NCBI GenBank assembly: GCA_958295685.2
Contig: OY282365.1
Location: 702,975 to 766,974 of the forward strand
Source: an uncultured Dehalococcoidia bacterium
GTDB lineage: Bacteria > Chloroflexota > Dehalococcoidia > Lucifugimonadales > CATQGZ01
Direction of reading: 5' to 3'
Length of the DNA: 64,000 nucleotides
Under the pieces are notes generated by a model. That model saw only the letters and a list, made by a program, of their open reading frames with translations, did not search any database and was not told the DNA's origin. Position 1 is the stretch's first letter, and every line of letters starts with the position of its first letter. Shown here piece by piece: positions 16,691 to 26,214 of the stretch. A program made the position numbers and the translations under genes.

Positions 16691-16987
16691 GGTGATTTTT
16701 GCTGAAAGTGTCGGATTTGCGGGCATTTCGTAGCTGGGAGGTGCGATTTTGGCCGACACTATGCGACACTCATGCGACACTCATGCGACACTTATGCGAC
16801 ACTTATGCGACACTTATGCGACACTTTGCGACACTTATGCGACACTTTGCGACAGGCGATGCAGGAGTCCTGCGGGCTGGTTTGTGGAGAGAGGCGGCTG
16901 TGTCATGGGCATACTCTAGCACAGTGGTTCGGTGGTGTCAATTGTCTGAATCAGGATTCTCAGGATTGGAGGATTAGCAGGATTGGG
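16691..16987 (-). repeat. R3: promoter-bearing intergenic repeat element (GTGTCGCAT array, 10 units)
   Basis: In minus-strand orientation the element has AATCCT boxes (16946-16987), a promoter (16913-16941) and ATGACACAGCC. Ten units of 10-11 nt with a TGTCG core follow (16751-16856), then CCCAGCTACGA, an inverted unit (16705-16717) and CAGCAAAAATCACC (16691-16704). Confidence 0.8.
16913..16941 (-). promoter_or_regulatory. promoter TTGACA-17 nt-TAGAGT inside R3
   Basis: In reverse complement, 16936-16941 reads TTGACA and 16913-16918 reads TAGAGT. The spacer ccaccgaaccactgtgc is nearly identical to those of R1 and R5. Confidence 0.6.
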
Positions 16988-17147
16988 AGGCGCGGGCGGC
17001 AGCCAGAGGGGGTTGAGCGAGCGGTAGAGCCTCTCATGGCCCACAGAGACGGCAAGCCACCTCGGCGCCGGGCAGCGATGGCTGGGCGCTCGGCCGAATT
17101 AGGCGGGGTGAACCGGACGGCCGGTGATTGGGACTGGTCGGCGGGGT

Positions 17148-18824
17148 TTAGCAGGGCTTTGCGGAGGCGGCTATGGCGTCGAGGTCGGCGCGGGTGTATG
17201 AGCCGAGGCTGCGGAAGTCGAGTTCGGTGTAGCTCCTGATCCAGTGGAGGGTGATGACGGCTGCCTTCTTGTAGCGTTCGATCATGGGGGGGCCGGCGCC
17301 GGCCTCGTCTCTGAGGCGGAGGATGTCGTCCAGTTCCTGAGTGACGAGCCGCTCTACGAGTCCGAAGTCGTGTGTTTCGCCGGAATCGGAGTCGGCGGCG
17401 GCGTGCAGGATTCTCTGGGCGGTCTGAGCGACCGATATGCGGGCGGTGGCCAGGTCTTCCATGAGCCTGGGATGGACTCCGGGGCGGCCCTCCAGGCTGT
17501 CTATGCCCTTTGCTCCACGTCCCGCCAGCCAGCCCTCCAGGTATTCGATGATGGTTCGGACGTTGCGCCGTGTGCCCTCGACGGTTATGGGGCCGTCCGG
17601 GGTTTCGATGGCGACCGGGAAGTGGCTGGGGTCGGCCATTTCGGTGGACGGCTTCCATCCGCTTGCGCGCAGTTCCTGGAATGGGGCCGCGGCCGCGGTC
17701 ATGTGGAAGATGTGCGCGACCCATCCCCTGATGAATCCCTGCCGCGCCTCCCACTCCTTGTCGGCTCTGATGGCCGCTCCCGCGGCCTCGTTGACCTCGG
17801 GGTTCCTGTCGGGCAGCGCGGTTGCCATGCCTCCGATGGGCGCGGCGCCGCGCTTGAGGCACACGGCGACCAGCCTTCGGAAGATGTTGGATATGAAGTC
17901 GGTCGTCTTGACGTCGACGCCGAATCTGTCCGGCCAGACCGCTCCGGGGTCGGTTATCACGTATTCGAGTATGCTCGCCTTGAGGTCCCATCGGGCGGCG
18001 TTGAGGCCCGCCGCGTATGGGCCGAGGGCGTGAAGCATGGCCTCCATGTGGTAGGCGGCTGGCAGGGACTCGACCAGCATGATCGCCCTGATCACCGCGT
18101 CCGGTCGTATTCCGACGTGGTCGACGCTGAAGTCGAGGAGGTCGCGATAGAGCCGGGCCTCGGCGACCGACTCCAGCTTGGGGAGATACCAGTAGAGGCC
18201 CTGCCCTCGGTCGATCTGGGCGCGGCCTGCGTGGAACAGTGTCAGGGCGGTTCCCAAGAGAGCGGCTGGCACAGGGCTTCCGTCGATGGTGACGTCGGGT
18301 TCATCGAGGTGAATACCGCGCTCGCGGTGCATGAAGAACGGGATCGGCCCCTCTTTGATCTCGTACTTGCGCCCTCTGCTGGGGTCTTCGAAGCGGAGGG
18401 TGCCTTCGACGGCGCGCCTGCGGTTCACGGCGGCCGTGACGGTGTCGATGAGGCGGTGACCGGCCGAGTCTTCGTCGTCGTCCAGGTCTCCGAGGGCGCG
18501 CCGTCCATCGGGGCCCGGGTTGAGGGCATTGATGAACATGCTGGTCAGGGAGGCAGGGCCGGATATCTCGATGCCCGGCAGGAGCAGTTCTTCGGGAACA
18601 GGGGGAACCTTCCAGTGATCCGCGTCGGCCTCGCCTGCCGACGCGGCCGACGGCAGGCCGCCCTTCATGGCTCTGGCGAGAACGTCCGCGCGGGCCTCTC
18701 TGAGGTCATGTATCCTGGGGGTGAATTGGTCGTGCGCCGCCGCCAGGTACCGCACGAATTCGTCGGTGAAGACCTCGGCGGCTCCACTCACCGCGGCGTA
18801 TCTGACCCTGCTGACTGCGGACAT
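17148..18824 (-). CDS. malate synthase family protein (MSA-like)
   Basis: The 558-aa product reads GLYWYLPKLESVAEARLYRDLL…IMLVESLPAAYHMEAML…GLNAARWDL. This parallels malate synthase A (GPYFYLPKMES…LNCGRWDY). Confidence 0.75.
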   Translation of the reverse strand: MSAVSRVRYAAVSGAAEVFTDEFVRYLAAAHDQFTPRIHDLREARADVLARAMKGGLPSAASAGEADADHWKVPPVPEELLLPGIEISGPASLTSMFINALNPGPDGRRALGDLDDDEDSAGHRLIDTVTAAVNRRRAVEGTLRFEDPSRGRKYEIKEGPIPFFMHRERGIHLDEPDVTIDGSPVPAALLGTALTLFHAGRAQIDRGQGLYWYLPKLESVAEARLYRDLLDFSVDHVGIRPDAVIRAIMLVESLPAAYHMEAMLHALGPYAAGLNAARWDLKASILEYVITDPGAVWPDRFGVDVKTTDFISNIFRRLVAVCLKRGAAPIGGMATALPDRNPEVNEAAGAAIRADKEWEARQGFIRGWVAHIFHMTAAAAPFQELRASGWKPSTEMADPSHFPVAIETPDGPITVEGTRRNVRTIIEYLEGWLAGRGAKGIDSLEGRPGVHPRLMEDLATARISVAQTAQRILHAAADSDSGETHDFGLVERLVTQELDDILRLRDEAGAGPPMIERYKKAAVITLHWIRSYTELDFRSLGSYTRADLDAIAASAKPC

Positions 18825-18854
18825 CCGGCCTCCTTCGTCCTCGGCGGCTGAAAC

Positions 18855-19577
18855 CTAGCTGATGTTTTCCATCAAGACGGTTGCGCCCATGTCGATGTAC
18901 CTGTTTCTGAGCGCCGGGTCGTAGCTTCTGTATGCCAGCCTGACGCCGGTGCCTTCGAGCTGGTCGACGACGTAACGAACGCAGTCGTCGTCGGTCTTGA
19001 AGGGGTGATGCGGGTTGGAGTCGCGGCTGAAGGCGAGGTCAGCGGGGCCCCACGAGACACAGTCCACACCCTGCTTGGCCAGCTTCTTGGTGTTGGTGAT
19101 TGCGTTGATCGACTCGATCTGCATCCAGAGTACCCCGTAGCCGTTCCACCATTCGGCGTATTCAGGACGGCTGGCGCCGCGCTCCTTGAGGCCTTTGGAA
19201 GCGCCTCCGATCCAGCTCCTTCGGGCCACCGGCGGGAAGTAGAAGTGCTCGATTGCTTCGTCCACGGTCGCCTCGTCTTCGACCTGGGGGACCTCGATCA
19301 CGGTCGGCCCCAGGTCGAGCATGTTGCCGACCAGGTATGCGTGTCTCGTGTGCTTGATGCGGAAGTGAACGTCGATTCCGATCTCGTCGGCCATGTTGCA
19401 GTACTCGACGAGCCGATGCTCGGAGAATGGGGAGTGCTGGCTGTCGAGAGAGAGGAAGTCGTATGGGTACTTCTCAATGATGGACTCGATCCGGGCCCGG
19501 TCGGCGTCCCACCCTACCGAGGCCCCTATCACGACGTCGCCGTCATTGATTCGCTGCTTCAGAGTCTTGTCCGACAT
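18855..19577 (-). CDS. HpcH/HpaI aldolase / citrate-lyase-beta-like family protein
   Basis: Its 240 aa, the motif FLSLDSQHSPF…IEVPQVED…MQIES…GPADLAFS and the context next to the malate-synthase-like gene support the call. Confidence 0.7.
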   Translation of the reverse strand: MSDKTLKQRINDGDVVIGASVGWDADRARIESIIEKYPYDFLSLDSQHSPFSEHRLVEYCNMADEIGIDVHFRIKHTRHAYLVGNMLDLGPTVIEVPQVEDEATVDEAIEHFYFPPVARRSWIGGASKGLKERGASRPEYAEWWNGYGVLWMQIESINAITNTKKLAKQGVDCVSWGPADLAFSRDSNPHHPFKTDDDCVRYVVDQLEGTGVRLAYRSYDPALRNRYIDMGATVLMENIS

Positions 19578-19619
19578 TTGTCACATGCTCCTTGAGATTT
19601 CAATAGCGCTCAGGCACGG

Positions 19620-22226
19620 TCAGTTCGAACGATTTCGGAACCACTCGGCGAGGCTGGCGCGATTCCGGTCCAGCCAGGCGGCGTTGAGGCGTATACGCTC
19701 CAGGGACTGCCGTATGGCGCGCTCCGCGGACGGTGCGTGATGGTCCCTGAAGAACTTCTCCACGTCCTCTCGTCTTTCCGGTGTGGTGAAGCCGGACGTT
19801 ATGGAGACCAGCCGCATGAGGCCGAATCCGCCCTCGCCGTAGCGTCGGTCGAATTCGGCCCAGTTGTCCTTCAGGAACTCCCAGGCGAGGCCGCGCCCAT
19901 GCCGATTTCCGGCGACAGCGGCCACCATCGTGACGGTGTTGTGAGTCCTGACGGCCGGTGACAGGGATCTCTCCAGCGTCTGGGCCAACAGGCCGGGCTG
20001 CCGGAACCTGCCCAGGGATATGAGGAAGCGCACCTTCTCTTCTTCGAGGTCCGTCTCCTGCTGCAGCCGCCACATAGTGTCGTAGGTCTCGGCGCCGCCC
20101 GCCCTGGCAGCCAGGTTGAAGACCACACCTCGGATGTCCGGGTGCGTCCCTGTGGAGTCTGCCGCATACAGAGAGAAACGCCTAGAGGCCTCCTTCAGGG
20201 TGGCGGGGTCGCCATAGCCGCCGGCCTGAGCCAGCGCTGCGCTGCGGAGAAGCGCGTCACGGAGTCCTTCATGCGGCAGGGCGTCCCACCCTGCCCTCTC
20301 GGCAATCGGGAGGAAGATTCCCCGGGCGAAGAGTTCGAAGTCTTCGTAGAACGGCTCCTCCCACAGGAGCGATCCCAGGCCGCCGAGGTTCAAGGCGAGG
20401 TCTTCGGCGACGGATGCGTCGGTTTCGCCGGAGTAGGCGCCCGCTATGGACATGAACTCGGTGGCCGGAACGTGCCCGGAGCGCATGAGGGCGAAGGCGT
20501 CGTTCTGGATACCGAGACGATCGGCCGCCGGGAGGACCAGGTTTTCGATCGGAGCCCTGAGCCTCTCAAGCTCTTCGGGCGGGTAGTTCACGCGGTAGAA
20601 GCCGGTCTGCATGGGATTGACCTTGATCCACTCGTCCGGTGAGCCGTACGGGGCCGGCTCGACGGTGACGGAGGACGCCGCGTCGAACATCAGCGCGGTT
20701 CTGGGCTGGGCGTCGCTTGCCGTCCTCACGCTCACCGGAACGTGCCACGTGGCTTCATAGACGGCGTCCGGTTCGAGGATGTGCTCGTAGACGAACCTTT
20801 TCTGGGAGAGCGCGACGTCGATGGCCGCGTCCTTGCGGACGACCTCGACGTCGAGTACGGGGTATCCCGTCTGGTTCACCCAGGTGTCCATCATTTCAGC
20901 GACGGGTCTGCCCGAGGCCTCTCCGAGCGCGTCCCAGAGGTCGGTCGTCCTGGCGTTGCCGTACTCGTACCGCTTCACGTAGAGGTTCAGACCGGCGCGG
21001 AACGGCTCCTCGCCCAGGTACTGCTCCAGCATCCTGAGCACCGCGCCGCCCTTGCTGTAGCTGACGGCGTCGAAGAGTTGGCCGATCTCGGCCGGGTTGT
21101 TCACCTCCTGCTCGACGGGGTGAGAGCTCTTGAGGCCGTCCAGGCTGAGGCCGCGGTTGGTGTCAAAGGTGACGAACTGGGTCCACATGTCCCACTCAGG
21201 GTAGAGGTGGTCCACCGCCTTGTTACCCATCCAGGACGCGAAGCTCTCGTTCAGCCACAGGTCGTTCCACCATGACATGGTGACGAGGTCGCCGAACCAC
21301 ATGTGGGCCATTTCGTGGGCGACCACGGACGCGACCCGCTCGCGAGTTCCCGCCGAGCTGTTTTCTGGATCGACGAGCAGAGCCGTCTCGCGGTAGGTGA
21401 TGGCGCCCCAGTTCTCCATGGCTCCCGCGGCGAAGTCCGGTATGGCGAGGTGGTCGAGCTTGGGGAGCGGGTAAGGTATGCCGAAGTAGTCGTTCAGGTA
21501 GTCGAGGAGTCGGATGGACACGTCCAGCGCGAACCGGCCCTGCTCCGCCTTGCCGCGAGTGGTCCAGACCCTGTGGAGGATGCCGCCTGCGTCCTGCCGC
21601 TCGATGAACTCCAGGTCTCCCACAATGAACGCGAGCAGGTACGTGGACATGACGGGGGTCTTCTCGAACCGGACAGCCCTGAAGCCGGGGCGCGCCTCCT
21701 CGTCCGAGGCGACGGGCATGTTGGAGACCGCGGTGAGCTCCGACGGGATCACGAGGGTTACGTCGAAGACGGCCTTGAGTCCGGGCTCGTCCCAGCATGG
21801 GAAGGCGCGCCGGGCGTCGGTGGCCTCCATCTGGGTCGTCGCCAGGTGCCGCTCTTCGCCGTCCTCGCCGGCGTACCCGCTCCGGTAGAAGCCGCGCAGT
21901 TTGTCATTCAGCTCACCGGTGAATTCGAGGCTCAGCTCGGCGGGGCCGGGTTCGATCTGAGACTCGAAGGTGAAGGTCACCGTCTCCTCTGCCGGGTCGT
22001 ATTCCGTGCTCACGGGAGCGAGGCTGGCGCCGCGGTGAGTGAGGCGGCAGGACAGCACCTCTATCTCAATGCAGTTGAGCGTTATGCTCGACGTGGGCGA
22101 GAGCGTCCGGACGGCCACCGTCTCCCGGCCCCTGAACGTGAAGTCGGAGAGGTCGGGCTCCAGTACCAGGCGGTACTCCACCGGGCGGACGGACTCTGGG
22201 AGTTTCACGGCGCCTGGCGTCGTCAC
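19620..22226 (-). CDS. pepN: M1 family aminopeptidase (aminopeptidase N)
   Basis: GAMENWG and HEMAHMWFGDLVTMSWWNDLWLNESFA form the HExxH-18-E zinc motif. Confidence 0.9.
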   Translation of the reverse strand: MTTPGAVKLPESVRPVEYRLVLEPDLSDFTFRGRETVAVRTLSPTSSITLNCIEIEVLSCRLTHRGASLAPVSTEYDPAEETVTFTFESQIEPGPAELSLEFTGELNDKLRGFYRSGYAGEDGEERHLATTQMEATDARRAFPCWDEPGLKAVFDVTLVIPSELTAVSNMPVASDEEARPGFRAVRFEKTPVMSTYLLAFIVGDLEFIERQDAGGILHRVWTTRGKAEQGRFALDVSIRLLDYLNDYFGIPYPLPKLDHLAIPDFAAGAMENWGAITYRETALLVDPENSSAGTRERVASVVAHEMAHMWFGDLVTMSWWNDLWLNESFASWMGNKAVDHLYPEWDMWTQFVTFDTNRGLSLDGLKSSHPVEQEVNNPAEIGQLFDAVSYSKGGAVLRMLEQYLGEEPFRAGLNLYVKRYEYGNARTTDLWDALGEASGRPVAEMMDTWVNQTGYPVLDVEVVRKDAAIDVALSQKRFVYEHILEPDAVYEATWHVPVSVRTASDAQPRTALMFDAASSVTVEPAPYGSPDEWIKVNPMQTGFYRVNYPPEELERLRAPIENLVLPAADRLGIQNDAFALMRSGHVPATEFMSIAGAYSGETDASVAEDLALNLGGLGSLLWEEPFYEDFELFARGIFLPIAERAGWDALPHEGLRDALLRSAALAQAGGYGDPATLKEASRRFSLYAADSTGTHPDIRGVVFNLAARAGGAETYDTMWRLQQETDLEEEKVRFLISLGRFRQPGLLAQTLERSLSPAVRTHNTVTMVAAVAGNRHGRGLAWEFLKDNWAEFDRRYGEGGFGLMRLVSITSGFTTPERREDVEKFFRDHHAPSAERAIRQSLERIRLNAAWLDRNRASLAEWFRNRSN

Positions 22227-22293
22227 GCGCGGTGGGTCCTGGCGGGATTGCGCGGCCCGTTCGGGCGCGAGGTTTCGTTTGTCGGAGAGCGGG

Positions 22294-23112
22294 TCATGCG
22301 CCCGTCCAGTTGGGCTTCCGCTTCTCCGCGAAAGCCCGCGCGCCTTCCAGCTGGTCGGCTGCGTTCACGGCCTTCTCGAACTCCGGGTAGCCGCGGCTGA
22401 GCGCGAGGTCGAGTGGCAGGTCGAGGCCGGTCAGGGCCATCTGCTTGCTGGCCCTAACCGACAGGGGGGCGCAGAGGAGGATGTCGTCGGCCCATTTCTG
22501 GGCGGCGGACATCAGGTCGGCGGCTGGGACGACTTCGTTGACTAGGCCGAGCCTGAGCGCCTCTCGCGCGGAGATGCGCCTTCCGGTGAGTATCAAGCCC
22601 ATAGCCAGCTTGAGGGGTATCTGGCGGGGCAGGCGGTGGACTCCGGTGCTTGCGACTTGGCCGACGCGGCCTTCCGGCAGTCCGAGTTCGGCGTGGTCGG
22701 CAGCGATTATTATGTCGCAGGCGAGCGCGAGTTCGAGGCCGCCGCCGAGGGCGAAGCCGTTGACCGCGGCGATGATGGGCTTCCAGCAGTCGAAGTATCT
22801 GGTGATGTCGCCCAGTTCGACCTGGCCGGGGGTTCTCTCCGTCTCCTCTTCGCCTTCTTCCCGTACGCCGGCGACCCACTTCAGGTCGGCGCCCGCGCTG
22901 AATGCCCGGTCGCCTGCTCCGGTCAGGATAGCCACCCACAGTTCCGGGTCGTCGCGGAAGTCTGCGAATGCCCTTCGCATCTCAGCCCCGAGCATGGGGT
23001 GGAGCGCGTTCAGCCTGTGAGGGCGGTTGAGAGTGACGTATGCGACACGCCCTCTCTTTTCGTAGACGAGGTATTTGTATGCCATGGAGGACTCCGGTGA
23101 GTTGCCGGCCAC
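22294..23112 (-). CDS. enoyl-CoA hydratase/isomerase (crotonase) family protein
   Basis: The motifs are ITLNRPHRLNAL…FSAGADLK…IAAVNGFALGGGLELALACD. Confidence 0.85.
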   Translation of the reverse strand: MAGNSPESSMAYKYLVYEKRGRVAYVTLNRPHRLNALHPMLGAEMRRAFADFRDDPELWVAILTGAGDRAFSAGADLKWVAGVREEGEEETERTPGQVELGDITRYFDCWKPIIAAVNGFALGGGLELALACDIIIAADHAELGLPEGRVGQVASTGVHRLPRQIPLKLAMGLILTGRRISAREALRLGLVNEVVPAADLMSAAQKWADDILLCAPLSVRASKQMALTGLDLPLDLALSRGYPEFEKAVNAADQLEGARAFAEKRKPNWTGA

Positions 23113-23203
23113 GAGTATATCAGCAAGTCCCGCGCCGTTCTACGGCCTCGGAGCGGCGGGACGCATCGCGGCGGCGGGTTCTCGTCCGTCCCAAGCCTCG
23201 AGG

Positions 23204-25594
23204 CTATTCGGCAAGCGTGTAGTTCGCCTCCCAGATGCGGCCCTGGCTCGTGAACTGGCCGGTCTTGACGCGCTCGACGCGGTACGACGGCAGTTCGCGC
23301 ACAACTACGCAGGTATCGTCAAACCGGAATCCGGAGCCTTCAAAATTGAAGTCCAGGTTGTCAAAGCCGTAAGGCCAACGGTGGAAGATCAGGTCGATCC
23401 GGGATCGGGGAAAAAGGTGCAGCAGGAACCTCGCGGCTGTGTCTGCCTGATCGCACCGGTCCTTCTTGTACACGAGGCTGCGGTCACTGAGATACAGATC
23501 CCAGTCGGAGCGGGCTATCGGCTGTCTGTCTCCTATGAGTCGATCCACGTAGACACGCCCGGAAATTATCTCGATCCGCGCCGTCTGCGCCGCGTGCCTG
23601 GGCAGCTCGAACGCATTCACGCAGTAGCCGAGATGATTCTTCCGTATGTTACGCCATGGATAGTAAGTGTCGACATCGGTCCCGCTCCATGAGAACACGA
23701 ACACCGTTCCCTGATGTCGTTCGGGTACGCAGTTACGGATAAGGACCTGCGCCAGCCTGCCGTCGATCAGCACGCCAATCTCATTCTGCCGGTAGTCGAA
23801 GCGAGTCTCCAGTTTGGTCCATACCTCGTCGGCGTGGTCAACCCGCGCCGCCTCCTGCGGCTCGGCTGCCCAGAGCTTGAATTCGTACGTGTCTCGTATT
23901 GGAACGCCCTCGAACAGCGTGTTGGTGAACGTGTCGTGAACGTGTCTTATGTTTGCGAAGTGGGTGAGCCCGTATGCGCTGAAGAACCGTTCCTCGTTGT
24001 CGTTCTCAACCGCGTCCAGGTAGTCGTAGCTGTTCACGAGGCCGTCGAGGTTGACCACGGGGAAGCTGGAAAAGTACCCGATCCTTCCCGAATCCCACGA
24101 ACCGACGACCGCGTCTTCAGGGAGAACGTGGTTCATCACTTGTGTGACGCCGAGGTATCTAGACATATCCCAAACGGAGCTGCCCTGCTTGTAATCGGTC
24201 TTCCAATCCACGTATTCGAAGCTGGCGACGATACTGTCATAAGGGATCAGCGCGAGAACAGCCACTGCGACCACTGCCGGCTTCAGCACTCTGGCCGCGG
24301 TCTCCCATCTGGGTTCGACGAACCTCCTGATCATATAGATGGCGACGTAGCACCTGATCGGCACTATCAGCGCCATCATCAGGTAGGCCGGGACGAAGTA
24401 CCAGCCGGCTCGTCCCCAGTTAGTATGCACAGTGAGAACGGACTGTGAGAACTTTGCCAGGTGTCCTGCGGCAAGGCTCGCCACACCTACGAGGAAGATC
24501 AGAAACAGCCAGTCGGACTTGTCGTCAGAGCGGCGGGAAAACCACCAGACAAGCAGGGCATACGCGCAGATCTCCAATGCTGCCAGCAGTGTGTCGGTCA
24601 GTGGCAGCACGAAGTCGGTGGATATGCGAACCTGGAGGAAGTTCTGGAGGTTCTGCATCACGCTGATCCCCTCGAGGCAGTTAGACCAGTACAGGGTCTG
24701 CGTGAGTGCGGGCAGGCGTTCGACTTCTCCCTCGAAACAGAATTGCGACCACGCCGCTTTTACCGCGCCGCTCACCGGCACGAACCCGCCGAAGACGAGT
24801 CTGTTATAGGCGAAGTAGATCAGGCCTCCGAGACACGCGCCTATAAATGGAACTAACGTACGGGGGAGGGGGACAGACTGAGGGGGCAACTTCATGGACA
24901 TGCCATGCCGCATCCGCAGCCATCCAATCAGGGCGACGGCGGCGGTCGCGGTCAGCGATACGGCGAGGAGCTCGAGACGCACCCATGGCTGTATGAAGGC
25001 GATGGCGGCCAGCAGCAGCGACCAACGAGCGGGGTTCCCCGCGAACAGGCTAAGGGCCAGCAAGAAGGCGCCGAGCGCGAACAAGACGGCCGCAGCCTCC
25101 AGCCCCAGGTACAGATGGTTATGCGTGTACAGCATGGGCAGGGCGGCGAACAGGAGTATCCACATCAGCCTTGACAGCCTCGCCGCCAGAGCGATCAGCG
25201 CGACACCGCCGGCCACCAGCATGATTTCGAAAGCCTTGATGCCTGCCAGCGCGGACTCGCTGTCGAACACCCAGTAGAAAGGCGTGAGCAGCAACGCCCA
25301 AACCGGGTGATAGCCGTTGGTGCGCGTTATGCCGCCGTCGAAGGTCGAGAACTGTCCGGCAGCCAGGTTCTTTGCGATCTGAAAGTAGTAGAAGGCGTCG
25401 TCGTTGTTGAATCCTGCGACGAAGTTGACTATGTCGGAACGTGAGAGCAGGTAGTACGCGAAGAACCCGCCATAGGACAGTATGGCAGCCAGGAAGAGCC
25501 CGAATGACAGGTTTCGGAAGTGAGCAGGGCGCCGCTGATACGCCCTGAGCAAGGGCGCCGCCGGTTTCCCGACGGCTCTGTAGATGGGACGCAT
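23204..25594 (-). CDS. large polytopic membrane protein, GT-C/ArnT-like N-terminal region with a ~400-aa C-terminal soluble domain
   Basis: The ATG at 25594 is 9 nt after the gmk stop. The longer ORF to 25984 overlaps gmk out of frame. The N-terminus (DDAFYYFQIAKNLAAGQFSTFDG…TNGYHPVW) and more than 10 predicted TM segments resemble GT-C glycosyltransferases. I do not recognise the C-terminal half. Confidence 0.6.
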   Translation of the reverse strand: MRPIYRAVGKPAAPLLRAYQRRPAHFRNLSFGLFLAAILSYGGFFAYYLLSRSDIVNFVAGFNNDDAFYYFQIAKNLAAGQFSTFDGGITRTNGYHPVWALLLTPFYWVFDSESALAGIKAFEIMLVAGGVALIALAARLSRLMWILLFAALPMLYTHNHLYLGLEAAAVLFALGAFLLALSLFAGNPARWSLLLAAIAFIQPWVRLELLAVSLTATAAVALIGWLRMRHGMSMKLPPQSVPLPRTLVPFIGACLGGLIYFAYNRLVFGGFVPVSGAVKAAWSQFCFEGEVERLPALTQTLYWSNCLEGISVMQNLQNFLQVRISTDFVLPLTDTLLAALEICAYALLVWWFSRRSDDKSDWLFLIFLVGVASLAAGHLAKFSQSVLTVHTNWGRAGWYFVPAYLMMALIVPIRCYVAIYMIRRFVEPRWETAARVLKPAVVAVAVLALIPYDSIVASFEYVDWKTDYKQGSSVWDMSRYLGVTQVMNHVLPEDAVVGSWDSGRIGYFSSFPVVNLDGLVNSYDYLDAVENDNEERFFSAYGLTHFANIRHVHDTFTNTLFEGVPIRDTYEFKLWAAEPQEAARVDHADEVWTKLETRFDYRQNEIGVLIDGRLAQVLIRNCVPERHQGTVFVFSWSGTDVDTYYPWRNIRKNHLGYCVNAFELPRHAAQTARIEIISGRVYVDRLIGDRQPIARSDWDLYLSDRSLVYKKDRCDQADTAARFLLHLFPRSRIDLIFHRWPYGFDNLDFNFEGSGFRFDDTCVVVRELPSYRVERVKTGQFTSQGRIWEANYTLAE

Positions 25595-25602
25595 TGAGGC
25601 GT

Positions 25603-26214
25603 TCAGAGTTCTACCCTGCGCTGGGGGGTGCGGCGCTTTTCGCGCTCGATGATGGCCGCTATCTCGCGGACGGTCTCGTCGAGCCGCCCGTCGGCGTTTA
25701 CGACCACGTGGTCGAACTCCCCGGCGCGCTCGATCTCTCTCTGGGCGGTCTTCAGTCTGAGGTGGAGGGAGTCTCCGGTCTCGCTCATGCGCGCTTCGAG
25801 ACGGCGGGCGAGGTCGTCGACGCTGGGCGGCCGCAGGAAGATGAGGACGGCGTCTTTGGCGATTCGGCGGATGGCGGCGGCGCCCTGGACGTCGATCTTC
25901 ATGATGACGTCCAGGCCCTGCGTCATCGCGTCCCTGACCTGGGCGCGCGGCACGCCGTAGAGGTGGCCGTAGACCTCGGCCCACTCGACGAGTTCGTCCC
26001 GCTCGATCATCCGGCGGAAGGTCTGCTCGGAGTGGAAGACGTAGTCCACGCCGTCCCGTTCCGCTGGGCGCCTGGGGCGGGTCGTGGCCGTGATGGCGAA
26101 GTGGCGGCCCCTGCCCTGTTCCTTCATTCGGGAGAGCGCGGCGTCCTTGCCCACGCCCGACGGTCCCGAGATGACGATCAACAGGGGGCAGGGTTCAGCG
26201 GCGTCCGCCGTCAT
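25603..26214 (-). CDS. gmk: guanylate kinase
   Basis: GPSGVGKDA and a length of 203 aa support the call. Confidence 0.9.
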   Translation of the reverse strand: MTADAAEPCPLLIVISGPSGVGKDAALSRMKEQGRGRHFAITATTRPRRPAERDGVDYVFHSEQTFRRMIERDELVEWAEVYGHLYGVPRAQVRDAMTQGLDVIMKIDVQGAAAIRRIAKDAVLIFLRPPSVDDLARRLEARMSETGDSLHLRLKTAQREIERAGEFDHVVVNADGRLDETVREIAAIIEREKRRTPQRRVEL

